A stretch of DNA of 64,000 bases from an uncultured delta proteobacterium. Its GTDB lineage: Bacteria > Myxococcota_A > Polyangia > Polyangiales > Polyangiaceae. Location: assembly GCA_963696385.1 (NCBI GenBank), contig CAVOKF010000005.1, positions 288,001 to 352,000 on the forward strand, in the 5' to 3' direction. Numbering within the stretch: the stretch's first letter is position 1; each line of letters starts with the position of its first letter. The notes beneath the pieces are model-generated. The model saw only the letters and a program-made list of their open reading frames with translations, was not told where the DNA came from and did not search any database. The position numbers and the translations under genes were made by a program. Below, in pieces: positions 19,368 to 30,146 of the stretch.

Positions 19368-21185
19368 ATGGTGGCGCGGATGCGCGGGTGGAAGACGGCG
19401 CTGCGAATTGGATTATCGTGGCTTTGGCCCGCTGTTGCCATGGCCGAGCCACCTCCCCCCGCCCAGCGTGCCCAGGTATATTCCGCGTACGAGCAGCAGA
19501 CGATCGACGAAGTGCTGCATGCGCTCCGTGCGCAGCGCGACCCGAACCCCGAGGGGAAAACCGTCGAGGACGTCGTCGTCGTGCCCCTCGAAGTCTTCGA
19601 GCCGCGAGACCCCGTTCCTCAGTGGCTCAACGTTTTCCACGTCACGACACGCAAGGCGGTGATTCGACGCGAGCTATTGCTGCATGTTGGAGACAAGTAC
19701 GCTCAAGTGCTCGTCGACGACACGCTTCGGAACATTCGCCGGCTGCCCGAGCTCTCGCTCGTCTTGGTCCTCACCGCGACCGGAACCACCCCCGATCGCA
19801 TCCGGGTCGTGGTTGTCACCAAGGACGTTTGGAGCTTGCGTTTGAGCTGGAATGTCGTCGAAACACCGGGAGGAATCGAGCAGCTCGCCCTCGCGCCGAC
19901 CGAGACAAACCTGCTCGGAAGCCATCAGACGGTTCGGGCGGAGTTTATTCTGGAGCCGTCGGCGTACACTTTTGGCCTCGGCTACACGATCCCCCGGATC
20001 GACGACGGATCCCATGTGGCTCTCGTGGCGTCTGCGGACGTCATGGTTAACCGCGGGACGGGGGCGCCCGAAGGCACGTTTGGCTCGCTCGTGACTGGCG
20101 AGCCGCTTTACTCGGGACGGACTCTGTGGGCATGGGATTCGACGGTGGCGTGGCAGGACGTGGTCGTACGCCGGTACGTCAACGCGCAACTCGACAATTA
20201 TGTGGACCCTGCAACGGGACTCGCCGTTCCCTTTGAGTATCGACAGCGCGAGTACTTGACCACGCTCGACTTGACTCGATCATTTGGCTGGGACTCCAAG
20301 CACGACGTGACGTTTTCGGCGGTGATCAACCGCAACGTCTACTTGACGAACTTTCCCGGCGCGAACCCTCAAACCGTCGCGGACTTCGTACAGCAGAAGG
20401 TCCCTGTGAGCGACACACGTGTCGGACCAGCCATCCAATACCACAAGTATACCAAGCGGTATCTCCGTGCCATCGATTTTGAAACGCTTGCACTTCAAGA
20501 GGACTTCGCGCTCGGACTCGACGTCGTCCTGCGGGCGTTCCCGAGTTTTCGCGCTTTGGGATCATCGCGCGACGTCTTGGCCCTCTACGCCGCCGCGCAA
20601 TACACCGTGCCGCTGCGCGACGGCCTCGCGCGGATCTACGTGGCATCCGACACGGAGCCGGAGGTGAGCCGTATTTCAGACGCGTTCGTCAACCCGGGAG
20701 CCCGCCTCGTCAGTCCGACGGTGGCGGGGATCGGTCGCATCGTCGTCGATGGGACGCTCATGTACCGCTGGAGAAACTACCTGAACCAGCAGGTCACGCT
20801 CGGAGGCGGCGACCGGCTTCGCGGGTATCCGACGAGCTTCTTCATCGGCCAAGACTGGCTGGCGTACAACGTCGAGGCGCGATCTCGACCGATTGAAGTT
20901 CTTACTTGCCAGTTGGGTGGTGTTCTTTTCTACGACGTGGCGAATGCATTCCCGAGCTTCGGCAACTTCCAGGTATACCAGTCGGTTGGCTTCGGCTTTC
21001 GCGCGCTGTTTCCGCAGCTGGACCGGATCGTCTTTCGCGGAGACTTGGGTTTTCCCATCGAGCGTCCGGTCGACCCTTCGACGGGCGCGCCCATTGCGCC
21101 TTACTCGTTTCTCCTCTCGTTCGGCCAAGCGTTCGACGTCCCGACTGTCGATCCGACTCCGGTACTCCCGACGGGAGGGCCCTAG
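19368..21185 (+). CDS. Omp85/BamA-TamA-family outer-membrane protein
   Basis: Signal peptide, POTRA-like 'TRKAVIRRELL', barrel motif LRGYP, C-terminal SVGFGFR. Confidence 0.75.
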   Translation: MVARMRGWKTALRIGLSWLWPAVAMAEPPPPAQRAQVYSAYEQQTIDEVLHALRAQRDPNPEGKTVEDVVVVPLEVFEPRDPVPQWLNVFHVTTRKAVIRRELLLHVGDKYAQVLVDDTLRNIRRLPELSLVLVLTATGTTPDRIRVVVVTKDVWSLRLSWNVVETPGGIEQLALAPTETNLLGSHQTVRAEFILEPSAYTFGLGYTIPRIDDGSHVALVASADVMVNRGTGAPEGTFGSLVTGEPLYSGRTLWAWDSTVAWQDVVVRRYVNAQLDNYVDPATGLAVPFEYRQREYLTTLDLTRSFGWDSKHDVTFSAVINRNVYLTNFPGANPQTVADFVQQKVPVSDTRVGPAIQYHKYTKRYLRAIDFETLALQEDFALGLDVVLRAFPSFRALGSSRDVLALYAAAQYTVPLRDGLARIYVASDTEPEVSRISDAFVNPGARLVSPTVAGIGRIVVDGTLMYRWRNYLNQQVTLGGGDRLRGYPTSFFIGQDWLAYNVEARSRPIEVLTCQLGGVLFYDVANAFPSFGNFQVYQSVGFGFRALFPQLDRIVFRGDLGFPIERPVDPSTGAPIAPYSFLLSFGQAFDVPTVDPTPVLPTGGP

Positions 21186-21457
21186 TGGTCCGTTTCGTAG
21201 GTCCCGCGGATCCATCCCCCGCGCTGCTGCGCAGCGCAAAGGACCCTAGCCGTGTTTTTCCCGGTCTCCGCCCGTACGCCTAAAGCCCCTCCCACGGCTT
21301 TGCTAGACTTGTCGCCTATCCAGCGATAACCATTCCACTTATTGTCCGCGCGACTTGCGGAATGGACCACTAGTTGACTCGGCGGCACGCGCCAGGGATG
21401 CATGTCGAATGACGAGCCGTCTTCACCCCGCTAAAGCGACCATGGGGTCGCTTTGAC

Positions 21458-22639
21458 ATGCGCGGCACGTTGCCACTTCGCGTCTACTACGTGGCATCGT
21501 TTGCCGTCGGCGGGGTCTTTGTTCCTTTTTTCCCGCGATGGCTCGAGGCCCGCGGCATGCTTGGGCTGCGGCTCGGGGTCATCTCCGCCGCAGCGCCGGC
21601 CATGGCCCTCTTCGCACCGGCTGCGTTCGGTGTCGTCGCGGACGCGCTCGCAATCCGCGTGGGACTGCTGCAACTCGCCTGCTTGGGCGCGCTGCTTTCT
21701 TTTGCGACTCTCGCGATCACCGTGGGGTCGGGCGTTCCTCCCAGCTTCGGCGGACTGTGGTTCGCGGCAACGGCGATCGCTCTGTTCCGCGCACCGATGT
21801 CGCTTATGGCCGATGTCGTCGCGCTCGAGCGCGCGTCGCAGGTCGGCACGACGTATGGCCGTCTCCGGCTCTGGGGGTCCCTCGGGTTTCTCTGCGCTGC
21901 GCTCGCCGCCGGCTGCTGGGTTGATCCGCGCGATGCGCTTGCCCTTCCCGTTGTCTGCACCGGAGCGCTTGCGGCTGGGTTTGTCGCGTCGCTTTCGCTC
22001 CCTCGTCGGGCGGAGTTGCCCGACCGAGCCGATCGCCACAGCATCGCGAGACTGCTCGCCCAAAGCGACTTCCGGTTGTTCCTGATGGCCGCGTTCCTCG
22101 GGCAATGTGGCAATGTCGCGTACGACATGTGCTTCTCCCTTCGCCTGTTCGATCTAGGGGTTCCGCGTCCGGTCGTCGGTCTGGCCTGGGCGCTGGGCAC
22201 GGGCGCCGAGGTCTTGCTGATGGCGTGGTCCGCGTCGGTATTCCGATCATTTCCCGCGCCGGCATTACTTGCCTGTGCGTTGGCCGGGGCCTCGGTCCGC
22301 TGGGTGCTGATCGCGACCGTGCGCTCGTCGTCGTGGCTGTTGCTTCTTCAGCCGCTTCACGCTGTGTCTTTCGGATTGGTGTGGTCGGCCGAAGTGACGT
22401 ATACGTCGCGCAGGTTCCCGTCGCACTCCCTCGCGACCGCGCAGGGCCTGTTCGCGAGTACCGTCGGGGCCGGATTGGTCGTGGGAATGCTGACTTGGGG
22501 GCTGGTCTACCAGCACGCCGGTGGCTCCTTCGTGTTTGCGGGAGCGGCATGCTTTGCGGTAAGTGCGTCGGCGTTCGCGGTCGCGCTCGACCGCAAGGCC
22601 CGAGTGCCTGTAGAAAGCAGCACGGCGGTCGGGCAGTGA
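21458..22639 (+). CDS. MFS transporter
   Basis: About 12 TM segments; YGRLRLWGSLGF and LQPLHAVSFG motifs. Confidence 0.88.
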   Translation: MRGTLPLRVYYVASFAVGGVFVPFFPRWLEARGMLGLRLGVISAAAPAMALFAPAAFGVVADALAIRVGLLQLACLGALLSFATLAITVGSGVPPSFGGLWFAATAIALFRAPMSLMADVVALERASQVGTTYGRLRLWGSLGFLCAALAAGCWVDPRDALALPVVCTGALAAGFVASLSLPRRAELPDRADRHSIARLLAQSDFRLFLMAAFLGQCGNVAYDMCFSLRLFDLGVPRPVVGLAWALGTGAEVLLMAWSASVFRSFPAPALLACALAGASVRWVLIATVRSSSWLLLLQPLHAVSFGLVWSAEVTYTSRRFPSHSLATAQGLFASTVGAGLVVGMLTWGLVYQHAGGSFVFAGAACFAVSASAFAVALDRKARVPVESSTAVGQ

Positions 22640-22726
22640 TGTCTTCCGTTGCCGAAGGAATTCCGACGTTTCAGCTTTCGACGTTCACACTTGAGGAATG
22701 CGCGCGGATGCGCGGGGAGTTTGCCC

Positions 22727-23476
22727 ATGAGTCGTAGGAGATTGTTCTTCTTGCCCGCCTTGGTGACTACGCTCGCGTGCCTGGGATCGGCCGCGTGCTC
22801 ACACAACGAGCCGGGCGCTGCGACGGCCGGAGCGGGCGGTCCGTCTCCCGGACCCTCGAGCGTGTCCGAGAAGGAATGCACCGGCGATTACGTCATTGAT
22901 GACATCGCGGATGCGAATAACCAGATCCTGGTCCAAGCCGGAAGGAAAGGCTACTGGTACACCTTCGTCGACAAGGTTGGGACGACGATCACTCCTCCCG
23001 CGGGGCACAAGTTCATCCAGTCGCCGGGCGGGGCCAATGGTTTGGCGTTTGCGGCGCACATGATGGGCAAGGTCTCGTCGTCGGGCGATCCGCAATATGC
23101 GGGCATGGGCTTCAGTTTTACGAACCCGAAAGGTCCGTACGATGCGACCAAGTACACGGGCGTGGCCTTCTATGCGAAGGTGGGTCCTGGGTCGCAGAAG
23201 GCCGTTCGCCTCAAGGTTCCGGACGTGAACACGGATCCGGATGGCAAGGTGTGCACCGAGTGTTTCAATGACTTCGGCGCGGACCTCGATCTAACCGAGC
23301 AATGGAAGAGGTACGTGATTCCGTTCGCGCAGATGAGCCAGATGGAGGGATGGGGTGCGCCTCAAAAGGACCACATCGACAAGTCGAAGCTTTTCGGCAT
23401 GCAATGGCAGGTCAACAAGCCGGGCGCGTCGTATGACATCTGGGTCTCGAACGTGCAGTTCACAGGGTGTCCGTAA
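22727..23476 (+). CDS. Carbohydrate-binding (CBM11/CIA30-like) lipoprotein
   Basis: Lipobox SAAC; GYWYTFVD, DATKYTGVAFYAK, WKRYVIPF, YDIWVSNVQF. Confidence 0.7.
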   Translation: MSRRRLFFLPALVTTLACLGSAACSHNEPGAATAGAGGPSPGPSSVSEKECTGDYVIDDIADANNQILVQAGRKGYWYTFVDKVGTTITPPAGHKFIQSPGGANGLAFAAHMMGKVSSSGDPQYAGMGFSFTNPKGPYDATKYTGVAFYAKVGPGSQKAVRLKVPDVNTDPDGKVCTECFNDFGADLDLTEQWKRYVIPFAQMSQMEGWGAPQKDHIDKSKLFGMQWQVNKPGASYDIWVSNVQFTGCP

Positions 23477-23486
23477 GCACGGATCC

Positions 23487-23520
23487 GGCCGTCGGGGTGG
23501 GCCCTGCCACCCCGACGGCC
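23487..23520. terminator. Perfect 14-bp hairpin between convergent genes
   Basis: GGCCGTCGGGGTGG-gccctg-CCACCCCGACGGCC; no U-tract. Confidence 0.6.
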
Positions 23521-23568
23521 GCCCGCCATTGCCGGCTGGTTCGTGGTGGCCGTCCGTTCCGCACTCGA

Positions 23569-24066
23569 TCAGTCCTCGCAGACGATCATCGCGCCATACA
23601 ATTCGTCGTCGGTTGGAGGCTCGAACCATGTGTCCATGAAGTCGAACATCGCTTCGGTCACTTCGAATGAATATGTCGTTGGTCGCTCACGGTTTCGCTG
23701 GCTGACTCGCGCCCACCGCCTCTCGCGACTCACGTCCAGATAGTGCAGCTTGCTGTCGGCCTTGGTTTGGGCGGTGCGAAACCGAATGCGGTCCCGGTGG
23801 TCGCTTCGAGACAGTCCGAGATCGAAGATGACGTCGACACTCCGTTCGATCAGTTGATCCGCTATCGCCCACATTTGCTGCTCGCAGCGATCGATGCGCT
23901 CGATCGCCCAGGCCAAAGTCGGTGGATCGGGTCGGTCGGCGATGAAAAGTTGCGACATCCATTCGTCGATCGACAAGCGTATGCCCTTCGTTCGGCGAGC
24001 GAGCGCCATGGCATAGGTGGTCTTTCCGGCGCCGGTCGAGCCGCAGATGAGATGCACGGTCGGCAT
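23569..24066 (-). CDS. AAA_33-like P-loop kinase
   Basis: Walker A GSTGAGKTT at the N-terminus, SIDEWM, FEPP. Confidence 0.85.
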   Translation of the reverse strand: MPTVHLICGSTGAGKTTYAMALARRTKGIRLSIDEWMSQLFIADRPDPPTLAWAIERIDRCEQQMWAIADQLIERSVDVIFDLGLSRSDHRDRIRFRTAQTKADSKLHYLDVSRERRWARVSQRNRERPTTYSFEVTEAMFDFMDTWFEPPTDDELYGAMIVCED

Positions 24067-24141
24067 GGAGTCTTATTACAGGAGAACGGTTCGCGACGTT
24101 GGGTCCTGGGGTCGATGTCTCCGCGAGGTCGCGGCAGAGAG

Positions 24142-25170
24142 TCACCAGGGCCAAGTCAATCGCATCGAGACGCCGCTTGAGATGGGTCCGACCGCCACGG
24201 AAGCAGAGGCGGGCTTCGGGGCCGTGAAGAATAGAATGGCGCCCCCGGCAAGGGCGGCAACGCCTGCCGCCATCGTTGCGGCCGCCACGAGCGCCATCGA
24301 CGTGGCATCGCCACGCTCCTTCGTGCCCGCCGGGTCGCACTCGTTGTCGGGCAAGCACCCGCCTCCGGCGTTCGATGCGTCGTACGTGGACTTGGCTTTG
24401 AGCGCGAACCCAGTGCCGACGAGCACGCTTGCGAGTCCCGCGGCCGAAACGGCGAGTCCGATCGTTCGCTGCCCGTTGCCCCGAGGCCCGTCTGCAGAAC
24501 CGGGCTCTAATGCCGGCGGATCCGCTCGGGTCCCCTCGCCGAATCGAGAACTTGTTCGCGCCTCGCTGGCGGCGACTTCCGGCGGCAGGACCGGAACGGT
24601 GACGGTCGGCAGGTTGAGCCCTAACTTGGCCTGCACGGTGAGAGACCAGGGCCGATGTCCAGGCGCCGAAGCCGTGATCGTATGCGGACCGGGATCGAGT
24701 GGCACCGCGACACCCCACTCCGCGCTGCCGACGAGCATGCCGTCGCGATGAACTTGGAGGCCGCCGGTGGCGGCACGTGGAGCGGCGATCGTCAGTCGCG
24801 AGAGTTTTGCTTCCAGCGCCCGGGCTCTATCGCGCGCTACGCGTTCGCGACCATCATGACGTCGCGCGGCTGCGGCCGCCGCCTCCTTGAACGACGCCCA
24901 GGCGCTCGCCGTGTGCGCCGTGTTCTCGTAGCAATCGGCAAGCCAAAGCAACGTGCCGATGCCCGGGTCGAGCCGTTCGCTCTCGGCGAATTTCGGGCAC
25001 GCGTCGACGAAATCCCCCTTTTCGACCAACGACCGACCCTGTTCGAACAGCACTTGTGCCGCCGCTTTCTGCTGCGGAGGATTGCCGCCGTCTGCGCGGG
25101 CCGATGAAGCGAGGACACAGCCCACCAACAGGGCCCCACCGGATCCCGTGACCGTCCCGATCCGTCTCAT
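24142..25170 (-). CDS. Exported TPR + PEGA-like protein
   Basis: Signal peptide, 'AQVLFEQGR...ACPKFAESERLDPG' TPR, LDPGPHTITASAPG. Coupled to the upstream kinase. Confidence 0.75.
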   Translation of the reverse strand: MRRIGTVTGSGGALLVGCVLASSARADGGNPPQQKAAAQVLFEQGRSLVEKGDFVDACPKFAESERLDPGIGTLLWLADCYENTAHTASAWASFKEAAAAAARRHDGRERVARDRARALEAKLSRLTIAAPRAATGGLQVHRDGMLVGSAEWGVAVPLDPGPHTITASAPGHRPWSLTVQAKLGLNLPTVTVPVLPPEVAASEARTSSRFGEGTRADPPALEPGSADGPRGNGQRTIGLAVSAAGLASVLVGTGFALKAKSTYDASNAGGGCLPDNECDPAGTKERGDATSMALVAAATMAAGVAALAGGAILFFTAPKPASASVAVGPISSGVSMRLTWPW

Positions 25171-26654
25171 TCACGCTCCCCGAACAGCGCCCGGCGGCTG
25201 TTCGGCGTCGACGGTTGTGTGGACTTGAACGGGCTAGCCAAGGTGGCGGCCGAACGCGCCCTGGGGACCTCACTTTTGCCTTGAATGCCGGTCGCGGGCG
25301 TTGAGGTTGTCGTTAGCGGAGTCGACTCGACATCCTGCGCGTCGACCCCTGCAGTGTGACTGGACGCGCGTTGAGCGACCTTGTCCTTTGCGGCCGCCCC
25401 CGTGGCGCTAGGCGCAGTGGTCGTAACGCTCGCGATGGTCGCTGCGGTCGAAATCGCCGTGGCGGACGCGCGGTGCACCGCCAGGGCAATCCCCAGTCCG
25501 GCGAACGCCAGTCCAACGGCCGACGCGTACGCCGCTCGCTGCCCAGTACCAAGGTGTTTTGGCATCGCTCGGAAGTCGGCCGTCACCCTAGGGGGCTCCG
25601 ACGACGCCCGGCGGCGGTCCGTCCGGAAAGACCCAGCCGGTGCCCGGATACTGTCGCCACCGCGCCGAACGACCTCGACGATCCGAGCGACCCGCCCGGA
25701 CGCCGATGCCGGCCCGAACGGCGCAAGCGCCTGCGCGAACTCGGCGACGTTGCGATAGCGCAAAGATGGATTTTTATCGAGGCACTTGAGGACGATCTGC
25801 TCGAGCGCCGACGGCGCGCTCGGACGCGATGCCGTCAATCGCGCCGGGGGTGCCGTGAGAATGCTCGTACAGACCTGCGGCAGGCTTTCGCCTTCGAATG
25901 GGATCGAGCCGGTGAGCAGCTCGTGAAGAACGATCCCCAATGACCAGATGTCGGTGCGCGCATCGACGTTCGACGTCGAGCGAAGCTGCTCGGGCGACAT
26001 GTAGACCGGCGTTCCGAACTGCTCGCTTGCGGCCGTCTCGGTCCTCCATGGATCGCCTTCGCCTCTCCGTCGCGCAATTTTGGATATCCCAAAATCGATG
26101 ATCTTCACGATTGGAGTGTTCGAGGCGCGTTGCGCGAGGAACATATTTTCGGGCTTGATGTCGCGGTGCACGATCCGAAGTGCATGCGCTTCGGCCAGCG
26201 CGTCGCAGGCCTGGAGCACGTAATCCACCGCGCAATCGATTGGCAATGGGCCGCTCTGAACGGTGCGTCCCAGATCCTCTCCGATGAGGTACTCCATCAC
26301 CATGTATGGGCCCGCATCGGGGAGAGTGCCGACGTCGTGGACGCGCACGACGTGTTCCGAAGTGATCTGGGCAGCCAACCGTGCCTCCCGCACGAATCGC
26401 TCCACAATGACGGGATTCGAAAGCGCTTTCGGTTTCAGGTACTTGATGGCAACCCGCTGCTGCAACGCCAAGTGAGTCGCCACTACGACCACGCCGATAC
26501 CGCCCTCGGCGACCGTCTCTTCAATGAGATACTTGCCGCCGATGACGGCGCCATTCGCAAATGCGGGCACCCCGCGCTCGTCGCCCCGCGCGGAACTCGA
26601 AGCGGCTGCCACGATCGTGGCAACGTCTTTCGCTCCGTGGAGCGACTGGCGCAC
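25167..26654 (-). CDS. Membrane Ser/Thr protein kinase
   Basis: VAIK, HRDIKPEN, DFG, GTPVYMSPE, DIWSLG, then a TM segment. Start uncertain. Confidence 0.93.
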   Translation of the reverse strand: MRQSLHGAKDVATIVAAASSSARGDERGVPAFANGAVIGGKYLIEETVAEGGIGVVVVATHLALQQRVAIKYLKPKALSNPVIVERFVREARLAAQITSEHVVRVHDVGTLPDAGPYMVMEYLIGEDLGRTVQSGPLPIDCAVDYVLQACDALAEAHALRIVHRDIKPENMFLAQRASNTPIVKIIDFGISKIARRRGEGDPWRTETAASEQFGTPVYMSPEQLRSTSNVDARTDIWSLGIVLHELLTGSIPFEGESLPQVCTSILTAPPARLTASRPSAPSALEQIVLKCLDKNPSLRYRNVAEFAQALAPFGPASASGRVARIVEVVRRGGDSIRAPAGSFRTDRRRASSEPPRVTADFRAMPKHLGTGQRAAYASAVGLAFAGLGIALAVHRASATAISTAATIASVTTTAPSATGAAAKDKVAQRASSHTAGVDAQDVESTPLTTTSTPATGIQGKSEVPRARSAATLASPFKSTQPSTPNSRRALFGERE

Positions 26655-27051
26655 CGGCCCCCCCGTGCGAACGCGAGACTTCTCGGCCAATATGAACCAG
26701 TATACCGCGAATCGCTGCAAATTCGACGAAGCGCACGTTCGCGCAGATATCGAATCAACATGCGACTTGGTCGCATTCATTACCATGACTGCGTGAAGCC
26801 GATGGTGTATGGCGTCGTCGGCGTAAAGCGATCGGAAAAGTCGCAGTCGGGATTGCTCGCACACGCGCCGTGGTCCGTGATGGCGACGACCGACGGACTG
26901 AGCGGAGAGGTGGCCGCCGTGCAGCGAGTGTAGCGGGGCCATCTACATGCGCACCGGTTAGGGGAGGTGTCTGGCGTCGGTGCTGCTTTGCGTGGCCCGA
27001 GTCAATGCCGACTGCCGAAGCAACCACCGCGGTCTATAGTCACCACCGCGC

Positions 27052-28086
27052 ATGACGTTACCACTGGTGACAGTAGCGATTCCCTGCCGCGACGCGGAGG
27101 CTTACGTTGAGGCGTGCATCCGCTCGGTCCAAGCGCAGGACTGGGCGAGCGACCGCATCGAAATCCTCGTCGCCGACGGAATGAGCGTGGACGCGACTCG
27201 CGAGATTCTCGATCGCCTGGCCGCTGAAGACAGTCGCATCCGTCTCATCGACAACCCCGGACGCATTCGGGCCGCGGGGCTGAACGAGTGCATCCGTCGC
27301 GCGCAGGGTAACGTGATTGTGCGCATGGATGTTCACGTCGATTATGGGCCGGACTTTGTTCGCCAGTGCGTCCGTGTCCTCGAGCGCACTGGCGCGGACA
27401 ACGTCGGGGGCGTTGCGCGGCCCAGGGCGAGGACGTTCTTCCAGCGTTGCGTCGCCGCGGCGCTCCGCAGTCCCATGGGCATCGGCGGATCGACGCGCCA
27501 CAAGAGCGATCGGGAAGGCTTTGTCGAGAGCGTCAAGTCCGGTGCGTTTCGTCGCACTGTTTTCGAGCGCGCCGGGTTATTCGACCCCCACGCAATCGAC
27601 GACGAGGATGCGGATTGGAACCATCGTCTCGCTGCGACGGGTGGGCGCGGTTACCTGAGCCGCGACATCGTGTCGCACTACCACCCACGTGGATCGTGGA
27701 GCGCGCTGGCTCGGCAGTACTACGGGTTGGGCCAAGGCCGGGCGAGGACCCTTCTCAAGCACCGCCGGCTTCCGTCCCTTCGTTCCGCTATCCCCTTCCT
27801 TGGACTGGTCGGCGAGACATTTCTGCTGGCCGTCGCTCCGCTGAATTTGGGCGGTCTGTCTCTTGCTGCCTATACCCTGGCGACCGGAGCCGAGGCCATT
27901 CGCCTCGGCAGATCCGAAGGAGTCGCGGCCATCCCGGTGGTCTGGGCCATCTTTCCGGTCGTTCACGGATGCTACGGCGCGGGTTTCGGCGTCGGATTGG
28001 TCAAGTACGCCCTTCGACCCGATTGGAGTGAGGCCGAGCGGCTGACGGCGCCGGATGCCCCTGTTCCGGCGGGAGTGGCTCCATAA
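27052..28086 (+). CDS. Glycosyltransferase family 2 (ExoA-like)
   Basis: VTVAIPC, ADGMSVD, RMDVH, ED motif, RQYYGLGQGR, C-terminal TMs. Confidence 0.9.
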   Translation: MTLPLVTVAIPCRDAEAYVEACIRSVQAQDWASDRIEILVADGMSVDATREILDRLAAEDSRIRLIDNPGRIRAAGLNECIRRAQGNVIVRMDVHVDYGPDFVRQCVRVLERTGADNVGGVARPRARTFFQRCVAAALRSPMGIGGSTRHKSDREGFVESVKSGAFRRTVFERAGLFDPHAIDDEDADWNHRLAATGGRGYLSRDIVSHYHPRGSWSALARQYYGLGQGRARTLLKHRRLPSLRSAIPFLGLVGETFLLAVAPLNLGGLSLAAYTLATGAEAIRLGRSEGVAAIPVVWAIFPVVHGCYGAGFGVGLVKYALRPDWSEAERLTAPDAPVPAGVAP

Positions 28087-28346
28087 CGATGTCGGCACGA
28101 ATCTCGCGCCGCCTGCTGTCCCTCAAGAGAGGCGACGACGCGACAGGCTTCCGACACGTCCACACCGGCGAGCCGCTTCTCGCCGATCGTCCGCGTGCGC
28201 CGTCGCTGCCGATCGTCCTCATTGACGCTGGGTGACCGCAACACCCGATAGCAAAAAAGACTCGACGCTGCCGTGTTTGCCCACTGAATCGACGGCGTCC
28301 GGTACTTGGCAACCTTGGCCTGCATCGTGCGTAAGCGACCGCCGAC

Positions 28347-30146
28347 ATGATGTCCGTTGCAGAATCTGAGGCGTCGGCGATCGATATCGGGAAGTACCGC
28401 GTCGTTGCGGAGCTCGCGAAAGGCGGCATGGGCAACGTCTATCTCGCGATTGCTCGGGGGCCCGGCGGCTTCAACAAGCTTCTGGCCGTCAAAGAGCTCA
28501 AGCCTTCGTTTTGCGACGACGAAACCTACGTCGCCATGTTTCTGGAAGAGGCGCGGCTCGCGGCACGCCTCACCCACCCGAACATCGTGCAGACGAACGA
28601 AGTGGGGTCCGACGGCAATCGCCACTTCATGATCATGGAATTTCTCGATGGTCGCAGCCTGTACCGGATTGGGCGGCATCTCGCGCGCCACGACGGGCTA
28701 CCCGTAGGTGCGCACCTGCGCGTCATTACCGAGGCGCTCCACGGGCTTCACTACGCGCACGAGCTGCGAGGTTTCGATGGCGAGTCTCTGGAGATCGTGC
28801 ATCGCGACGTGAGTCCGCTCAACGTTGTCGTGACCTTTGACGGTCAGGCAAAGGTGCTCGACTTCGGAATCGCCAAGTCGGTCGATTCCGCGCTCGAGAC
28901 CCGCGCCGGCGTTCTCAAAGGCCGCATCGCCTACATGTCGCCAGAGCAAGCCTGCGGCGGCAAAGTGGATCGGCGCGCCGACGTATATTCCGCAGGTGTC
29001 ATGGTCTGGGAAGCGGCTGCCGGGCAAAGGCTCTGGCCGCACATGTCGGACGTGGAGATCCTCTCGCACCTTCTGCGAGACGGACCACCGTCGCTGCGAG
29101 CCGCCTGCCCGAACGCGTCACCGGAGCTCGATGCGATTTGCGCCAGGGCGATGGCGAGGCACGTCAATGACCGCTACCCAACGGCGGCCGCCTTGGGCGA
29201 GGCGCTCGAGGCGCACCTTGCCGGGCGCGCCGACACGATGTCGATGCGCGAGATTGGGGCTCGCATCACCCGATCGTTCCACGCCGAGCGCGACAAGACC
29301 AGCCTGCTCATCGAGGAGGCCGTGTCGCGCGTTCGGGAGAGTCGCCCATCGGGCACCTTGCCGAGTTTGCGGTCCCCGGTCTCGGGCACGATCTCGGCAA
29401 GCGCTTCGCGCTCCGTCGTCGCCGAAGTCCCATCACTTTTTCCGGGAAGCCCGTCGAGCGATCCTTCGCTGAAGATTGAGGGATCGGCAGCGGGTCGGGG
29501 GTTGAGCGACTCGAACAGCAGCGGTGCGATCGAAGCTCCCAGAGCTAGGGCTCAGATACCTTGGATTGTGGGAACAGGTGCGGCGTGCGGTGTCTCGCTT
29601 GTGCTCGCCGCGGCTTTGGCTGTCGCGGTCGCCCATCGCGGCGGACAGTCGTCGCCGGCGCCGACCGAGCGAAAGGTCTCGACCTCGACTTCTGTGCCTC
29701 GGCCTGCTGCGGAGCCGGCCTTCGTCACACTCGCCGTGCGCGTTTCGCCGTCGACGGCCCAAATCGTGCTCGACGGTACGCGCGTCGCGGGCAATCCCTT
29801 CAGCGCGAGATTTACGAAGGACGGTCAGCCGCACCGAATCGTGGCGTCGGCCGAGGGATACGAAGCGAAGACAGAGGAGGTGTCGCTCGCGAATGACGTG
29901 GCGGTCGACATCAGCCTGGACCGCCTTGCGAGTGCAACGCGCCAGGTCGTGACGCGCTGGATCCCGTCGCCCGCAGCACCGGCTCGCGGGACGAAGGGGC
30001 CCACACCCGATTCTCCGCGTCCCTCGCCGGCGCTGGAGCTCAGTCCCCAACCGACTCCGGTCGCAACCCGAAACGAGTTTGATCCCGCCGGCGGTCGTCC
30101 CCCGCTTCGTCCCATCGTGACCCACAACCCTTACGGTCCCCAATGA
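28347..30146 (+). CDS. Membrane Ser/Thr protein kinase with extracytoplasmic PEGA-like domain
   Basis: GGMG, LAVK, HRDVSPLN, DFG, YMSPEQ, DVYSAG; TM; 'VRVSPSTAQIVLDG...HRIVASAEGY'. Confidence 0.93.
   Translation: MMSVAESEASAIDIGKYRVVAELAKGGMGNVYLAIARGPGGFNKLLAVKELKPSFCDDETYVAMFLEEARLAARLTHPNIVQTNEVGSDGNRHFMIMEFLDGRSLYRIGRHLARHDGLPVGAHLRVITEALHGLHYAHELRGFDGESLEIVHRDVSPLNVVVTFDGQAKVLDFGIAKSVDSALETRAGVLKGRIAYMSPEQACGGKVDRRADVYSAGVMVWEAAAGQRLWPHMSDVEILSHLLRDGPPSLRAACPNASPELDAICARAMARHVNDRYPTAAALGEALEAHLAGRADTMSMREIGARITRSFHAERDKTSLLIEEAVSRVRESRPSGTLPSLRSPVSGTISASASRSVVAEVPSLFPGSPSSDPSLKIEGSAAGRGLSDSNSSGAIEAPRARAQIPWIVGTGAACGVSLVLAAALAVAVAHRGGQSSPAPTERKVSTSTSVPRPAAEPAFVTLAVRVSPSTAQIVLDGTRVAGNPFSARFTKDGQPHRIVASAEGYEAKTEEVSLANDVAVDISLDRLASATRQVVTRWIPSPAAPARGTKGPTPDSPRPSPALELSPQPTPVATRNEFDPAGGRPPLRPIVTHNPYGPQ

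Noticed and set aside
21185..21431. tmRNA-like start (GGGGTGAAGACGG...TTCGAC) and ACCA end on the minus strand
   Set aside because: Too short, no T-arm (GGTTCGAxTCC), no acceptor-stem pairing and no tag ORF.
26972..26987. TGGCGTCGGTGCTGCT as a sigma54 promoter for the GT2 gene
   Set aside because: Spacing fits but the CAC core is missing; too likely by chance at this GC content.
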